Positions 11,605 to 24,128 of a DNA stretch of 64,000 nt are shown here, piece after piece. The notes below the pieces were generated by a model that did not search any database, had not been told where the DNA came from, and was given only the letters and a program-made list of their open reading frames with translations. The stretch is from Protoeuglena noctilucae (lineage: Eukaryota). Every line of letters begins with the position of its first letter. The stretch's first letter is position 1. A program made the position numbers and the translations under genes. The stretch is from contig OY253672.1 of the NCBI GenBank assembly GCA_958009085.1, positions 930,001 to 994,000 on the forward strand, read 5' to 3'.

Positions 11605-14296
11605 CTACTTCCTGGCTGGTGTCTTGCGCCCGCGCGGGGTCTTGGGCGACGTGGGCCGGGTTGCCCCCGACACGCGCTGGGAAGGGGACTGAACACGCTC
11701 AGGAGACTGCGGAGAGGGGTCAAACAGCGTGCCGAGTTTAGAGCGATCACAGCAAAAGCCGACCTCGCCACTGCACCCCTCATGCCATTGCCGCACCTGG
11801 GTACCAGAATTGCCGCGGCTGCGGGAAGCGCCACGGCTGCGGGAAGCGCCACGGCTGCGGGAAGCGGCCCTGCCGCGAGCCGGTGCCCCAGCCTCGCCGT
11901 TCCCCACGGCGCCGGCCTTGGGCGGGGCCGGGGCGAGCTTGGGCACGATGACGAAAGCCCTGGGAGAGCGGAGCAATGCAGAGGGACTCTCGGGTTGGGA
12001 ACTCGCTTGGTGCGAACAGAGGCCGCTCGCCCGACCCCCATTGAGTCTCTCATCTCACTTGATGTCGAGGCCGCGGCAGATTTCGTTAATGGTGGTGACC
12101 ACGTAGTGCCCGTAGATGGCGGTGACGGCGAGGAAGGCGGCCCAGGCAGCGGCCTTGCTGTCGACCATTGGGTAGAAGCGGTTGAGGATGGCGAGGGCCA
12201 TGACAGCGGGCGTGGTCCTGTCGGGCCAAAAGTCCACCTTGCACATGTGGGCCACGATGAGCCTCGAGGCCTGCAGCGCAAACGCCACCCCGAACGTGGC
12301 CAGCAAGACTGCGGGGAGGGACGCACGCGCTGTCTTGGCACACGCACGCCTCGCGCCCCGCTCGTCCCCGACGCCACCAACCCAGTGCTTGCCGTGTGCG
12401 ATGTAGGGGTCCTGGTACGCCAAAGGCTGCCGCACGAGAAGGAAACCCTCGACGAGGAGGAGCAGGAACCACATGAGGTGCCTCAGGGCAGCGCGGACGC
12501 CCAACGCCTGCGTTGGCGAGAAGATTAATCAAGGGTCGGCGGCCCGTGACATTGAGAAAGGTTGGCGGGCCCTCCTCGCCGCAGAGCACCGGCGGCACAG
12601 CGACTTGGCTGTCACCTTGTCGCCGCGGTCCTCGCGGGGTATAACCTGGGCCAGGTCCCCGGACAGGAAGAGGCGCCCCACGTTGCCAGAAACCATGTGC
12701 ACGGCGCCGAGGGACATGCCCACGCACGCGAGGTCGCCTGCGGCATTGCGGGGGAGGGAGGGCGTCGGCGCTGGGCGCTAGGCGGCTGCGACACTGGCTA
12801 GGCGGCTGCGACACTGGCGGGGCTTCGCGAACACACCGACCCTCGTCGAGGCGATCATCGGCACGGCCCATGTCCATTTGAGGGACTTGGCGACGGACGC
12901 AAAGGCTGCGACGACGGCGCCGATGCCCGGGATGGCCGCCACGCGCGCGTTCCAGAACTGGACGCCGAAGAGCGCCGTGACGAGGTGCACGGAGGCCAGG
13001 GCGTAAATGGACTCGGTCAAGCCGACGATTCCGTTGCCGTACACTGCGGGTGGAGAACACGCACGCAGCGACAGTTCTCGCCATGCCGTCTCTCCATCTC
13101 TCCCTCCCAGGTGTGCTGTGGCCTGTCGGCCTACGCTCACCCATGCTGCCCGTGTGGTACTCCTCCCAGTGCCCAGCGATCCACACGATAAACGCAGCCG
13201 TCTCGGTCATGAAGCTGACCCAGTTGAAGCCGATGTTGGCCGCGGCGATGGCGGAGAAGACCTGAGGGGGTCGAGAGGCACCGCTTGGGGTTGCGCAACT
13301 ACGGTGTCTCACCCAGTGGAGCTTGTGAAAGCGTTGCAGCCGCGGCCGGAGAGCTTACCAGGAAGTGGAGCGTGAGGGCGTCGCAGCCATGGTCAAAGAG
13401 CTGCCCCAGGGGGGTGGAGCTCCCGGTCCGGCGTGCCTGCTTGCCGTCCAGGCAGTCGAGGTGCATGTAGATCAAGGTGGTCGCGAAGTTGAGGACGTAA
13501 ACCCAAGTGGGGGCCTCTCCCGAGTAGGAGGGGACGAACCACGCCATCACCAGGTACCTGTAAGGGCAAAGGACTCTTGTGAGGAAGGCAGGGCCAGTGA
13601 CCCCGCGACGCTGTCGCCAGGCACCCAGCCCCCCGTCACGCGCGTTCTTGAGCAACCCGGCTGCGCGTGGCTCACCCCACCAGCGCGAAGATGGTGCCGC
13701 ATAGGGTGATGAGGTTGGGAGCTAGCCACGTCGGTAGCAGCTGCACGGCACCTGCATGCGCGAGCCCGGGTCCGGATGGCTTTGGAAGCGCAAGAGGAGA
13801 GCATCTACGTCGCGACGGTTGTACATGGTGTCTTTGGCTTTCGCGCAAACAGCGCGGCGCGGTCTCAGCGCGGCGGTGGCCCTGGACAAGTAACGTCAAG
13901 GGGCCCGGCGGTGCCGGCAGAGCGCTCTTGTGCGGCGCGCAGTACCCAGAAAGAGTCATTACAGGATACACGGGCAATCGAACACGTGCAGAGCGAAATG
14001 AGTGGCGAGTTGGCCGCGGAAAACGCTGCCGAAGGGTTTGAACCAGCTCATTGCGGGAAGCATTGATTTGCTCGGGGCTCGCGAGCATGTATGCACTGAC
14101 ATTGTGTCGATGAAGGCGACGAGCGTGTCAATGCGGACTAAAGTCGCGTCGGGCGGCGCGCACGGTTGAATGGGGGCGCCGCACACAGCGCACCGTTCCA
14201 GAAGGGCTGGTGGACCTCGTCCAGCCACGTCAGGCCCGTCGACTTGTACTTGTAGTTCTTCAGGCCCTGAATGGCCTCCGCCGACATGTACAGCAT
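11605..14296 (-). CDS. AAPT1: Choline/ethanolamine phosphotransferase (AAPT/CEPT, CDP-alcohol phosphotransferase)
   Basis: MLYMSAEAIQGLKNYKYKS, LPTWLAPNLITL, CDP-alcohol motif LDCLDGKQARRTGSSTPLGQLFDHGCD, HWEEYHTG, SRLIVAHM. Confidence 0.93.
11815..11866. repeat. 18-bp coding tandem repeat x3 (ASRSRG) in the AAPT C-terminal tail
   Basis: CGGCTGCGGGAAGCGCCA repeated three times, the last copy partial. Confidence 0.85.
12776..12817. repeat. 20-bp tandem duplication in an AAPT intron
   Basis: GCTAGGCGGCTGCGACACTG occurs twice in tandem. Confidence 0.85.
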
Positions 14297-14454
14297 CTTC
14301 TCACATGCAGCATTCGCGCGCTATCAGACGCTGCCACCGACCGCAGCATGCGCCAGCGCGGAACTTCGCGAGGCGATGACGCTCAAGCATCGCCCCTGGA
14401 AACCTGAATGGCCACGGTGGCCCAGCATGCCAGAAGCAATGCCCCACGCGTGCC

Positions 14455-15677
14455 CTACGCGGCCTTGGAAGCCCCCTGGTGGCTTTTAGCGGCGCTCGCG
14501 AGGAATGCTTCGCATTTGGCCCTCATCTGACTCGCTATCATGCCGGCCATCTCAGTAGGGAGCCCCAAGTCGTCGCACGTCTGCTTGGCAAAGTCGTTGA
14601 TCAACGGGAGTGGGTCGAAAGGGTACCACGTGACTGCGGGGGTCCGAGGACGCATCGGATGAGATCCATGGGCACCGCATGTCATTGAAGGAACGACACA
14701 GAGGGACACAGCCGACGAGCCGCGCGAGCGTGGGTGCTGGTACTCACCCGTGTCTCTGAATTCATGCCCATCCAATGCGACGTCGATGGCAATCTCGAGG
14801 GGCTGCGGCTCCTTCCGCGGCTGGTAACCCCCGAACTTGCGAAGCGCGTACTCAATTTGGTTCTGCACCTGCCCTATCATGTCCGGGCTCCCCAAATTCA
14901 GCTGCTTGCACAGGGCCACCGCCACCGCAGCAGGGCTCACGCTGCTGTCCCCCAAGGGCCACTGTGTCGGGCAAGCAGGGGCTGCACATGAACACCTCCC
15001 AGGCTTGCGAGGGCCTGCGGCGCCTCACCCAGACCTGCCAAGCTCACCAGGATGGTCTCCTCGTGCATCTCCCCGAGTTGATGGTCATAGACGCGACCCA
15101 ATGTGATGGTGATGGGTATCGTCGGATAGGGTGGCGCGTTCCTCCGCACGCCTCTGCGCGGGCACAGCCCCGGGCGCAGCAGGTGCGGAATGGCAGGCCA
15201 CGCTCGCCACGGCCCACAGCCTGACACCTACCCGTGCCTCACCTAATCCCGTGCTTCTTGCTCCCCGTGAGCCTAATCCCGTACGGCACGCTGGGAAGCC
15301 CGGCCTGCGATGTGCTCGGCTCCTCGGCCCTCTGCGGACAACGGCCACGGGAGCGCATTCCATGTACATGCTGCGACAGCGAGGCTCGCCAGGCCCTGCC
15401 GGCTGCCGCGGAAGGATGCGTGCTGACCCGCTTGAGGAAGTCGGCGCGCACGGCCTTGTCCACGCTCCGTATCAAAGCCCCAGGGGCTGGCAATTCGTCC
15501 AGCTTCATCTTGCCCACGCCCTCCTTCCCATCGATGCGCCGAGAAGGGGCGAAGGGTGAGACGCAGGACGGTGCAGCGCCTGTCACTTGGTTCAGGGGTG
15601 ATTGTGTAGCGAACGAGCGCGAGAGTGTATGCCCTGGCGGCCGCGACTTGCTCAGTGCATCCAAACTGCACCGACAT
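14455..15677 (-). CDS. SNF5/INI1-repeat protein (putative SWI/SNF subunit)
   Basis: LEIAIDVALDGHEFRDT|VTWYPFDPLPLINDFAKQTCDDLGLPTEMAGMIASQMR matches the SNF5 repeat. A more divergent repeat lies upstream. Start codon uncertain. Confidence 0.65.
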
Positions 15678-16334
15678 CGCGGGGGCGGCCCGCGCCTGGA
15701 CCGGTGGATCTGACAAGCGACGTCTCTGACATGTTGCCGCCCCCCCGCGTCTGCTGGACCGCAGGCTCGACCTTGCACACTATATCTCTCTCCTAGCCAC
15801 GTGGGACACCGGCCCTCCTCGGGCGGATTCCCCATCTCGCGCGTCCGACGGCAAAGTCCCCCTGCTCAGAGCAGGTGAGGTACCGGCCCACTCCGCTCAC
15901 CCAACTTGACACATGACTATCGCTCGGGCTCCAGCCGGGCGCTCGCGCCCACCGAGGGGCCCGTGTTTTCGAATTGCCCGCTGGTGCTGCCCCCGCGACC
16001 CTGCGACAATCCCGCCCGTTCCATCCATCGACCCTAGCCGCTGTGGACAAAATCACGACTCTTGTGCCTCTGCGGCCAGCCCGCCATTGCCGCGGGGACC
16101 CACGCGACGCACGACGCGGTCTGCACGCCATGCTCGCCGTCCTCGCCGAGCCGGGTGCACGACGCGGCCCCGCACCCCACCCTCGCGTTGCGTTTGTTCA
16201 CCTTAACCTGTCGGGCTAGAGAAGGGAGGCGTTTCCGGCGTGTGGGCGGCACTCGCGGCCCCGTCGCCATGTGCGCAGCGTTCCCGGCCCCACACGAGCC
16301 GCCCCTCGCCGCAGGAGATGGCTCTCTGAGGAAG

Positions 16335-16962
16335 ATGATTAGGTATCTCCTACTCCAGAACAGGCAGGGAAAGACGCGGCTCAGCAAGTGGTACGTCCCC
16401 GTGACCGACTCGGAGAAGCGCGAGATAGAATACGACGTGCACCGCCTCGTGACCAAGGCGAGGGGCGGTGCGCTGGCATCGCTGACACAGGTAGACGCCG
16501 CTCGCGCGCCGGGCCGACCGGCCGACCCCGCGCGGCCCCCGCAGCGGAGCAAGTCCGCGAGCAACGTGCTCGAGTTTGGCAAGCACAAGGTGGTCTACAA
16601 GCAGTACGCGGGGCTCTTCTTCTCGTGCTGCATCGACCTGGCCGACAACGAGCTTGTCGTCCTCGAGGCGATGCACCTGTTCGTCGAGCTGCTGGACCAC
16701 TACTTTGAGCAAGTGTGCGAGCTCGACCTCGTCTTCAACTTCCACAAGGTTTACCTCATCATCGACGAGTTCATCCTCGGCGGGGAGGTGCAGGAGACGT
16801 CCAAGGTTAGCAGGGCGGGGCGGGGTGCAGGCTTGCTTCCCGCGGGCGGGGGACGCGGGGCCCATGCGAGCGGCCACCCATCCACGTGACCGATGTCCGT
16901 TGTGCGAGCAGAAGACCATCCTGGAGCGGCTGGTGGAGATTGATCGGACGGAGAAGAACTAG
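16335..16962 (+). CDS. AP2S1: AP-2 adaptor complex sigma subunit
   Basis: [59 protein letters not shown]. Introns 16458-16544 (GC-AG) and about 16807-16910. Confidence 0.95.
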
Positions 16963-16980
16963 ACGCGGGCGTGAGGTGCC

Positions 16981-18168
16981 ATGACGGGCCCCAACGTGGC
17001 GCCGACGGCGCCGATGGTGGCGGGGAAGCTCCGCTTCGGGGTGCACGCGTGCTCCGGGGAGGACCCCGACTACCCCGCGCGGGAGCTGCTGTACCACTCG
17101 GCGCACACGCGGGGCTGGCAGACCCCGCGTTTCTGCCGGTACCCCCAGGAGGTCGTGCTCAGGCTCGACCGCCCGGCGCGCGTGCAGCAGATCCAGATCC
17201 TGTCCCACGAGTACAAGATCACGCAGCGCCTCGAGATATTCGTCGGCGTGCCCCCGCCCGGCGAGACGGACCCCGAGCGGTGCTCCTTCCGCCGGCTGGG
17301 CCACCTCAGCTTCCACACCAATGAGAGGACCAACTACCAGGCCCGGGAGCTCAAGACCGTGCACATCAACGACCCCGCGGTGCTCATCAAGTTCGTCGTC
17401 AACGGGCCCCACGTCAACCAGCACAACGTGTACAACCAGGCACGCTGGCTGTGCCTGCTTGCTGCTGCAGCCCTGCCACCCCTCCGCGTGGGCGTTGAGT
17501 GCTCGCCCCTTCCGCACGCCCGCAGGTCTGCATCATCGCCATCAACCTCCTCGGCGAGCCCCTGCCCGCGCCTGCCCCCGGGGCGGCGCCGGGGGTGCCG
17601 GGTGTCGGGGCCATCGACGCGGCGGCGCGCGACTTTGCGCTGGAGATGAACGTCGACTCGGTGACGGCGGCGCAGATCCGGGAGCTGGCGGCGGAGAAGG
17701 CCCGGGCGATCGCGGAGGAGGACTACGACAGGGCCAAGGAGCTGAAGGGCGCGATGGACCGATTGCGGGAGGTGGGGCGCAAGGTGGCGCAGCTGGAGGC
17801 CAAGAAGCGCGCCGCGGTGGAGCGGGAGGACTACGACGAGGCCAAGGCGCTCAAGGAGGACATCGACAAGCTGCGGGCGGGCGGAGTCGTGGCGTCCGTG
17901 CCCAGGCATGCGCGGGAGGCGGGAGGGGACGTGCTGACGCGGCTGGCGGGGGCCCCGCCGCCGGCGCCGGGCGGGGCGCCGCCGGCGGACTTCGACGAGA
18001 CGCCCGTGGGCGCGGGGGCTGGCGGCGCGGCGCAGGGGTACGGCTTGCCGGAGGAGGGAGGATACCCGGCGGAGGAGGACGAAGACGGGCGGCAGATGCG
18101 GCGCGCGCTCAGCAGCAACGGCAACGGGGATGCGGCGGGCCGGGGCAAGGGGCCACTGTCGGCCAAGG
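16981..18168 (+). CDS. CEP104: Centrosomal/flagellar-tip protein CEP104 (FAP256-like), 5' part, cut by the assembly gap
   Basis: GWQTPRFCRYPQE, IQILSHEYKI, RRLGHLSFHTNERTNYQARELKTVHI, NVYNQ|VCIIAINLLG, then UVR-like coiled coil AIAEEDYDRAKELK...AVEREDYDEAK. Confidence 0.9.
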
Positions 18169-18368
18169 NNNNNNNNNNNNNNNNNNNNNNNNNNNNNNNN
18201 NNNNNNNNNNNNNNNNNNNNNNNNNNNNNNNNNNNNNNNNNNNNNNNNNNNNNNNNNNNNNNNNNNNNNNNNNNNNNNNNNNNNNNNNNNNNNNNNNNNN
18301 NNNNNNNNNNNNNNNNNNNNNNNNNNNNNNNNNNNNNNNNNNNNNNNNNNNNNNNNNNNNNNNNNNNN
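18169..18368. other. Assembly gap (200 N)
   Basis: Run of N characters. Confidence 1.
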
Positions 18369-19000
18369 GACGACCCCGCCGTGTACGAGCGGGAGCTGCA
18401 GGTGGGGTGGCAGGGGTGGCATGGACACGTGCGTATGCCGGTGGCTGCTCCGGGTGCATGACATGCCCTCGAGCCAGCTGCTCCGCGATTCCTTGCATGC
18501 TTCTGCTGTTCCCGCGACCGCCGTGTCATGTCAGCGGCTCTCCGTCATCGCAGGCGAAGGAGCGGAAGTTCGGTCCGAACCACGAGGAGGTTGCGGAGGC
18601 GTGCAGCAACCTGGCCATCCTGTACAACCAGAACGGCGACTACAAGCGGGCTCTGCCGCTGTACGAGCGCGCCCTGCGCATCTGGGAGAAGACCAAGGGG
18701 CCGGAGTGCGCAGACGTGGCCCACACGCTCACGGGTGCGTGGACGCCTGCGCACCACGCGCCAGAGCGTGCGTGGAGAAGAGCGCGCGTAGACTGGATCT
18801 CGTGTCAACTATATGTATGATTGATCACAAACGTGCTTTTCCCGCCGCCCGCAGACCTGGCGGTGCTGTACTTGGAGCAGGGTGACGACGACCGCGGCCG
18901 GCCGCTCCTCGAGCGTGCCCTGCGCATCCAGGAGCGGGAGCTGGGGCCGGACCATCCGGACGTCAAGGCCATCCGCGACGTGCTGCAGTCAGAGGACTGA
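18369..19000 (+). CDS. Kinesin-light-chain-type TPR repeats (3' end of a gene, possibly the CEP104 gene)
   Basis: GPNHEEVAEACSNLAILY...ALPLYERALRIWEKTKGPECADVAHTLT|DLAVLY...ERALRIQERELGPDHPDV. Stop TGA at 18998-19000. Confidence 0.8.
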
Positions 19001-19495
19001 ACCACGTTGGGGCCCTGTTGCTGGGCCTGGGGCCAGGGCGGTTGCAGGGGTGGGCACTGAGTGCTTGTGAGGCAGCGGGGGCTTTGAGGGCTTGTTGCTT
19101 AAAGTGCGGTGTTTCAAACGGCGAGCGAAGGTCGCGGGGAGTCGCAGCGGCAGCCCAGCAGTCACAGCAAGGGGTCAAGGACGTCGTCGGAGTGATGTGG
19201 ATCGAATGCTGATGCTGACCCCTCAAACTCCCCTATCGCGCCCACGGCAGGCCTGCCCTGCACCCAGGGGTCGCTTTCTCCAGCCGTGAGGTCGTCCCAC
19301 AGCGCCCCGGCGCTGTCTGACCCATCGCCCATCCAATCCTCCCTTCGCACTAAGTCCACTGCAGCCATGGGTGCAGTGAGTAGCTGCACCAGTTACCCAC
19401 GCATAGCATGAACACACAGGTGCTGACGTGCGAAAGCAGGCTGCCCCCTGTCCTCTCACCCGCACCTGCACAACGCCCCAGCCGTCATCCATCCC

Positions 19496-20612
19496 TCACT
19501 CACCCCCAAACACAGACTCGAAAGCATCCAGCAGAGCGTATCGGTATTCGTCCAGCAGCCTATCTGCTTCCGCAGAGTACACGGCGGGGTAGCCGAATCC
19601 CTTGCTTTGAGGGGCAAACGCGGGCCACTCGGGGGGCGACAGCAGCGACCCCGATCCTTGCTGCGGAGGTGCCACGAAAGCGGTGCGGTCGACTCCGGCA
19701 GCGACGCGGAATGGAAAAACAACTCGAGTCTGGCTGATGCTGTGGGTCGCGGCTGAAGCATGAAGGCCAGCACTGGCGCAGTGACCGGGCATGCATGCGA
19801 TGGGCTGCGCACCAGGACGGTCCGGACGCTGCCAACGGGCCGGTCCCCGATGCCGCAGGGCACGATGGCGGAGAAGGGCAGAAGGTCGACGGCCACGTTC
19901 AGCGCCAGGCCGTGGTATGCCACCCAACGCCGCGCGCCCACCCCAATGGCGCAGACCTTGACGCCACCGGCCCAAACCCCCGTCATGCCCGGGACGCGGT
20001 CGCCTTTGATGCCCGACACCTCCCACAGCGCCCGTATCGCCACTTCTTCCAGACTCCTGCGAAGGCGCGCGAATCGCGATAAAAACAGCTCATGTGAGTT
20101 GGGCACCCACCTTGGGTGCGCTCGGCGCGCGATGCCAGGGCCTCACCGCAGGTACCAGTGCAGGTCTTTCTGATAGGATTGCAAGTCGATCACGGGATAC
20201 ATGACAAGCTGTCCAGGGCCGTGATACGTGACCTCTCCGCCACGCTCCGTCCGAAACAGGGGCTGCGGGAGGCGCGGGGGGCTTCTCAAGCGCTGCTAAG
20301 GATCCCCATGTGGAGATGATATGCGCATGCGTCACTCACTGCCGGCGGATGCTCCATATCAAACTTGACGTGGGCGCGGGAGCTGCCCGTCCCCAGCGTG
20401 TACGTCGGCGGATGCTGGAGGAGGAGGACCGTGTCGACGCTGCCCACCGCACCGTCTCTCGTGCGATGGGACACCCGCCGTTTCATCCAGCCCCACGCGG
20501 CTTCGTACGGCACGACGTTCCGAGAGAGGTCGATCGCAACGACCGTGGGGCGGGTCGCCGCAGCGCGCACAGGCCTCGCGGCGGCCCCTGCGCTAGGCCA
20601 TCCCCGACTCAT
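19496..20612 (-). CDS. LIP2: Octanoyltransferase LipB/LIP2 (probably plastid)
   Basis: [58 protein letters not shown]. The 3' end may include one more small exon. Confidence 0.93.
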
Positions 20613-20883
20613 AGGCACGCTCTGTTCTGCGGGACCCGGAGTCGTGCTATTGCGCGCCCTCTTCGCAGGAACGGAGCTTTAGAGCGCGCATAGCTCGGAG
20701 AACAATAGCGAGTCGCCTGGCAAATTGATTGGCGAACTCTGCCTCTCACGCGTTTCCTAACAACACAAGACACCTGAGGGTTGCAGCGTCTGCGCGTGAG
20801 AAGGCCCTGGCTTCGCAGCTCAGCCGTCAATGTTCCATCTAGCACGCGGCTGGCAATCTTTGTCAGGTCGATATTCAACAGAC

Positions 20884-23839
20884 TCAGACGAACGCCAGGC
20901 GCTGGCTCCCGACGAGGTCTGCGTACTCGCCCTGCAAGGCCAGCAGCTCTTTGTGCGTCCCCTGCTCGATGACCCGCCCCTCCTTCAGGACGACAATCTT
21001 GTCCGCACTCTGCACCGTGCTGAGCCGATGCGCGATCACCAGCACTGCGGGCAGGTGCGCGAAGGGTGCTCCTGGACCTCGTGGTCGTTCCAGACCAGTG
21101 CAGTTAGCTAAACGAACCTCGCGAGCTCACCGGTGCGCCCACGCTCCAGCCTCTCCATCGCCTCGTGCACGAACCGCTCGCTGACGGCGTCCAGGGCGGA
21201 GGTCGCCTCGTCCAGAATCAGCACCGGAGCGTCCTTGACCAAGGCGCGCGCCACGGCGATGCGCTGCCGCTGCCCGCCGCTCAGCAGCGTCCCCTGGGGC
21301 CCCACGACCGTGTCGAACCCCGCGGGCATGCGCGCGATGAACTCGTGGGCGTTTGCGGTGCGCGCGGCCCTCTCCACGGCCTCCTGGGAGCACTCGCCCA
21401 TGGCCCCATATGAGATGTTGTCCGCAATGGTGCCCGTAAAGAGGGCCGGCTCCTGCGTGACGAAAGCGACCGCCTGGGCCCACGCGGGCTTGCTGAAGGC
21501 GGAGACGGGCACGTCGCCCACCAAGACCTCCCCCGCGTCGGGGCGATAGAGCTGGGCGATGAGGGAGGCGATCGTGCTCTTGCCGCTCCCGCTCCGGCCC
21601 ACCAGCGCCGTCACGCAGCCCCGCTCGATCGTCAGATCCAAGTCGCGGATCACGGACACCTCCGGCCGCGCGGGGTACCGGAAGGACACCCCCCGCAGCA
21701 CGATGTCGCCCTCCTGCGCCGCACGCCGCGCCTGTGCCGCACGCCTGCAAGCGCACAAGACCGGGAGCGGTGGCTGGGCATGACCCCAAGCGGGGCATGA
21801 CCGGAAGCGCGCGTCACCTGCCCAGGTGACCCACCCACACCCCCACTCACCTCCGCGCCTCCGCGTTGTACTGCTCCGCAGCTCCCGATGCCATCGCCGC
21901 CGCCATGACCTCCGCGCGGTCGGCCAGCAGGCTCGTGGCACTCGACTCTGACCGAGGCCGCGGGCTCGCTCCGGAGCTCTCGCTCTCCGCTCCCTCCTCG
22001 ACACTCCCCTCCGGACGCAGGTGCGCGGCTAGGCGTGGGTCGCTCCACCGGTGCGCCCCCCGCATGCCTCGCACCACGTCCGTTTCAGGCGATGCGTTTG
22101 CCAGCACCTCCTGGATCCGCTCGATCGCGCCGCTGGCCTTCCTGCGCGGGAGACGCACGCGGAGATAAATACAAGCCCTTGTCATGTATGCTCATCTCAT
22201 GCAGCCCAGCGTCGTTCAGGGCTGTGCTTTGAACGCAGGCGCTCACCGGAGATCTCCGAGCGTGTTGGCCACGCCCTGGGTCGCGAAGCACAGTGAGAAG
22301 GTGAAGCCGATGCCGCTGAGGAGTGCACGCACCGGCATTAGGCCCCGGGAGACGAGGTAACCCCCCACAGCGAAGAGCTTCGGGCACAGAAGGCGGGGCA
22401 GAGGGTTCGCGCACTGAGCGCAGGCCTCCAGGTCCAGAGCGGGCGCGAAGGCGGATGCTCGCCCCGCTCACCAGCAGCAGCGACAGGTGGATGCTGCCGC
22501 GTATGAGCACCTCCTGGGTGGCTTTAGCCCCCAGGGCACGCAGACCCGTGTCAAAGGACGCCTCCACGTATGCCCCGAACCGCGCTTGCTCCAGGCCCTC
22601 CCCGGCGCACGTGCGCACTGCGGAGCAGTCAAGAGGTGGCAACGTGCCAACCGGCAGTGCTGGCGGGGCGCGTGTGCAGGTGGATGCCAAGCGGGCGTTG
22701 GGGCCGCCGCGCCTCTCCTGGCTCTCACCGGTCTTGATGGCTCCCAGGGCCTCCCCCGCCACGCTGACCATCTGCGACACCTGCCGTGCGTCCGATGCGA
22801 AGAGCGCCTTGAGGCGGCGCGAGTGCCGGGCCGCGACGACCCCCGACAGCACAATCACCGCCGCCATCGGCGGGCCCATCCGGGCGCTGAGCCAGACCAG
22901 GATGGCCACGCTGCCCACGGCCTCGAGCACAGCACGGAGCCCTCTGTCCCGCGAGGTGTTCCCGACCACCACGTCCCGCACCACCCCCAGCTGCGTCGAC
23001 ACCAGCGTCAGCAGCTCCCCCGTCGCGAACCGGTCGAAGAACTCCACCCTGCGTAGTACACAGGGTGACGTCCACGCCAATTAGTCCCGGGGTGCTGAGA
23101 TGCACGCCAGGGCTTCGCTGCCGCATCCGACTTGCGCCACTCGCCTGTTTCCCAGGAGGGCGCGGAAGAGGTCCATGCGCATCTGCGCGAGCGTGAGCTC
23201 GGCGACGAGTCCGATGCTCCGGATGTACACCTGGGTGAGCAGCGGCTCGACCGTGTAGACCACGGCAAGCGCGGCCCACACGCGCCAGTAGGAGTGCATG
23301 GGGGCAGCTGAGGCGAGGCTTTCGAACAGCACGCCGGTGAGGACAGGTGCTGCCAGGTTGCAGGACGCGCACACTAGGACGCTCAGGAGCCCGATGAGCG
23401 TGTGACGCTTATGTCGCAGCGCAAGCGACCACAGGTAGGCGCCGGAGAAGGGGCCATTCTCGGACCAGGCGGGATCCTCCTCTCCCTGGAACTTGGGAGC
23501 CTTCGCGTCGGCATCCGTGAAGCCATCTGAAGGGGGGCGCGCGCGGGCAGCGGCACCACGGCATGGGGCGAACTTCGGGGCCACATGCGCGCGGTCCAGG
23601 GAGGCCAGGGGCCCTGTCAGTTCCTCATGGAGATCCGTGAGCTTCTGCATAGCAGATGTGGGCGAGGTTGGCTGCCTGGCGCGGCTGCCTCTACGCGAAC
23701 GCGCAAATCGCGGCGCTTGCGGGCCTCCACTCACCCGCAGCCGTCCCTCCCCCCGCTGGAGGCGCCTCAGCCCAACCATACCCCCTCCGCATTTGATTCC
23801 GCTATCTGTGCAAGCCACTCTGCATCGGAGGCCAAGCAT
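20884..23839 (-). CDS. ABCB half-transporter (ABCB28-like, probably organellar)
   Basis: Transmembrane domain followed by a nucleotide-binding domain: [37 protein letters not shown]. Also [10 protein letters not shown]. Start codon uncertain. Confidence 0.9.
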
Positions 23840-24128
23840 ACTGAGGACACGGATCAACAAAGTGCACGGGGCGATGCATGCATCGCGCGGCCCCCTCGCG
23901 GCACGGAGAGAAGCGGCTAGAATGGCATACGATTGACCGCGTGGCTCACCGATCGCCGATTTCTCCCCCTGACATTGCTGTGTCACGCGCACGCCAGGAT
24001 TCGATTGCGTCGCGCTTGCTTTGCATAGCAGCTTCTCTCGACTCACAGCACAGCGGCACGAGACTGCCATACTCAATAGGCCGTGACGCAAACGCCTCGG
24101 GCCTCACGACCTGCACTACACCGCCTGG

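Noticed and set aside
11481..11605. AAPT to FKBP bicistron (123-nt spacer)
   Set aside because: The upstream gene is long and ATG-rich, which does not fit leaky scanning. The spacing fits ordinary compaction.
14030..14045. AAACCCT as a telomerase RNA template
   Set aside because: It does not form a 1.5-repeat CCCTAAA template, it is intronic, and no Pol III promoter elements are evident.
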